A DNA stretch of 35,971 nt from Ruminococcus sp. (lineage in GTDB: Bacteria > Bacillota > Clostridia > Oscillospirales > Acutalibacteraceae), in contig JAZLJE010000212.1 of NCBI GenBank assembly GCA_045617705.1, positions 1 through 35,971 on the forward strand, written 5' to 3'. Shown one piece after another: positions 34,718 through 35,971 of the stretch. How positions within the stretch are numbered: position 1 is the first letter of the stretch; each line of letters begins with the position of its first letter. The translations under genes and the position numbers were made by a program. The notes below the pieces were generated by a model. That model was not told where the DNA came from and did not search any database. It saw nothing but the letters and a program-made list of their open reading frames with translations.

Positions 34718-35515
34718 CTATTTATACTCGCAAAGCAAAGCCGACCAGTCGGGATAACCGCAAATACCGTCAACTGTCAATCCGTGATTTTTTTGGTACT
34801 GCATAAGGGCATACTCGGTGTTATCGCCGAACACACCGTCAACGGTCAATTTGTTTCCGTCTTTGCCCCGATAACCCTGTCCGTCAAGCAATTCATTGAG
34901 TATTCTCTGCAATGTCATAACTTGCCCTGCTCTGTTCTTTGTGGAAGTTTTCCAAATTTTCTCCATAATAATTTTTGAGGTACACCAATTTGACATATCA
35001 TATTTGTCTGCCGATTTAGTTTCGGTATGATAAAAGCACCAACAGACGAAAACTGCACACCAATCGTACATATCTCCGCTTACTTCCGAGCCGTAAAACC
35101 AAGTGTTGTATTTACATTTTTTAACTGATGTTGCCTTTGTTCCGACTTCTGCTTTTGCTGTTGCGATAACCATATCGGCGGTCATCGTGCTTGTGTAGTT
35201 CGGATGAGCCACGCACGATACATCTTTAATATTTCTACTCTGTAACAAAACTTCGCCATTTGATGTGTTGCCCGTGTTACCCTCAATCGACTTAAAATTA
35301 CCATTCGAGCCGACTTCGACAACAATGCCTGTATGGTCAACGCTCGGAAACGGAACAAATGAACTTGGTGTTCTTCCATTATCCCAATTAAAAAAAACTA
35401 TATCGCCTTTTTTGATATGGAATTCATCTTCGAGCCTGTTCTGATTATGAAATCCCTGTGCTAACTGTCCGCAACCTGCTGATTTTATGGGAATTAAACT
35501 ACCCATATTAGCCAT
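34718..35515 (-). CDS. Endolysin: circularly permuted CHAP domain plus PG_binding_1 domain
   Basis: GDIVFF, DHTGIV and EGNT come before WCAVFV; C-terminal LQRILN...VDGVFG..TE.AL..YQ...GLTVDGICG. Confidence 0.85.
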   Translation of the reverse strand: MANMGSLIPIKSAGCGQLAQGFHNQNRLEDEFHIKKGDIVFFNWDNGRTPSSFVPFPSVDHTGIVVEVGSNGNFKSIEGNTGNTSNGEVLLQSRNIKDVSCVAHPNYTSTMTADMVIATAKAEVGTKATSVKKCKYNTWFYGSEVSGDMYDWCAVFVCWCFYHTETKSADKYDMSNWCTSKIIMEKIWKTSTKNRAGQVMTLQRILNELLDGQGYRGKDGNKLTVDGVFGDNTEYALMQYQKNHGLTVDGICGYPDWSALLCEYK

Positions 35516-35655
35516 AATATCACTTCCTTAAATATCATACAGCATATTATTACTCCTTTATGCTCCTTTACGCCCAATCGTTTTCATATTTTCTGTCAAT
35601 GAATTTCATATTATCACTTCCTTTTTACTTCTGCTTTTAACTTTTTTCATTTCTT

Positions 35656-35699
35656 AAATCAATCTAAAATCAATTTAAAATCAATTTAAAATCAATCTT
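35656..35699. repeat. Four tandem 11-bp repeats (aaatcaatYtW)
   Basis: Units start at 35656, 35667, 35678 and 35689. Confidence 0.85.
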
Positions 35700-35755
35700 A
35701 ACCCAAAAAGATTGATACTATACTATCAATGTTTTCTGCATAAAATTGATTTTTC

Positions 35756-35866
35756 TTACTTTTTGTCTAAATAATTACAAGTTTTCCAAAGTGTTATAAT
35801 CGTCATTATGTAAAGTGGAATTTTTACGAACTGTAACACAATGTTCAAAACGAAATTTATTGTCAT
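35756..35866 (-). CDS. 36-aa hydrophobic peptide coupled to the holin; not in ORF track
   Basis: ATGA overlap with the holin stop; MTINFVLNIVLQFVKIPLYIMTIITLWKTCNYLDKK. Confidence 0.55.
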   Translation of the reverse strand: MTINFVLNIVLQFVKIPLYIMTIITLWKTCNYLDKK

Positions 35867-35971
35867 TGTTCATCACCGCTTTGTTTTGTCTTGTTATAGT
35901 TATATGTCGAAACGCCCAATAACGCACCAAGAAAAACATCTATTGCGGATAATGTCGCAACAATCTGTTCA
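35841..35971. repeat. Second copy of the terminal overlap
   Basis: Identical to positions 1-131. Confidence 0.95.

Noticed and set aside
34699-34806. Serine-integrase remnant (AIYTRK resembles a recombinase N-terminus)
   Set aside because: The similarity is about 6 residues, the catalytic Ser is absent, and most of the ORF is dictated by the antisense lysin codons.
1-35971. Stop-codon reassignment or tRNA genes
   Set aside because: Long genes are intact in code 11, all three stops are used, and no tRNA cloverleaf was seen.

Overview
The window is an apparently complete, circularly assembled genome of a small AT-rich tailed phage: 35,840 bp plus a 131-bp end overlap. Sigma-A promoters, GGAGG ribosome-binding sites and an A118/PBSX-like head-tail module point to a siphovirus of a Bacillota (probably Clostridia-like) host. 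Almost everything is on the minus strand, in this order: early genes, recombination/replication (Sak3-type annealase, SSB, initiator with internal iterons), accessory genes (MTase-like, YopX, radical SAM, DUF1064), a single inverted plus-strand cassette, a ParB / ABC-ATPase / GNAT module, terminases, head, tail (with polysaccharide-deacetylase and BspA-LRR proteins), holins and, across the junction, the endolysin. No integrase is recognisable. Main signals: (1) the ParB-ABC-GNAT module next to terS, where ATPase and acetyltransferase appear joined by a -1 frameshift, a candidate packaging-linked DNA-modification system; (2) an endolysin whose CHAP domain is circularly permuted; (3) a -1 frameshift with an H-type pseudoknot extending the capsid protein; (4) two tandem promoter-sRNA-terminator cassettes plus anti-Shine-Dalgarno 3' elements; (5) a kissing-loop attenuator in the replication-initiator leader. 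Family assignments come from motif recognition only; no database search was run.
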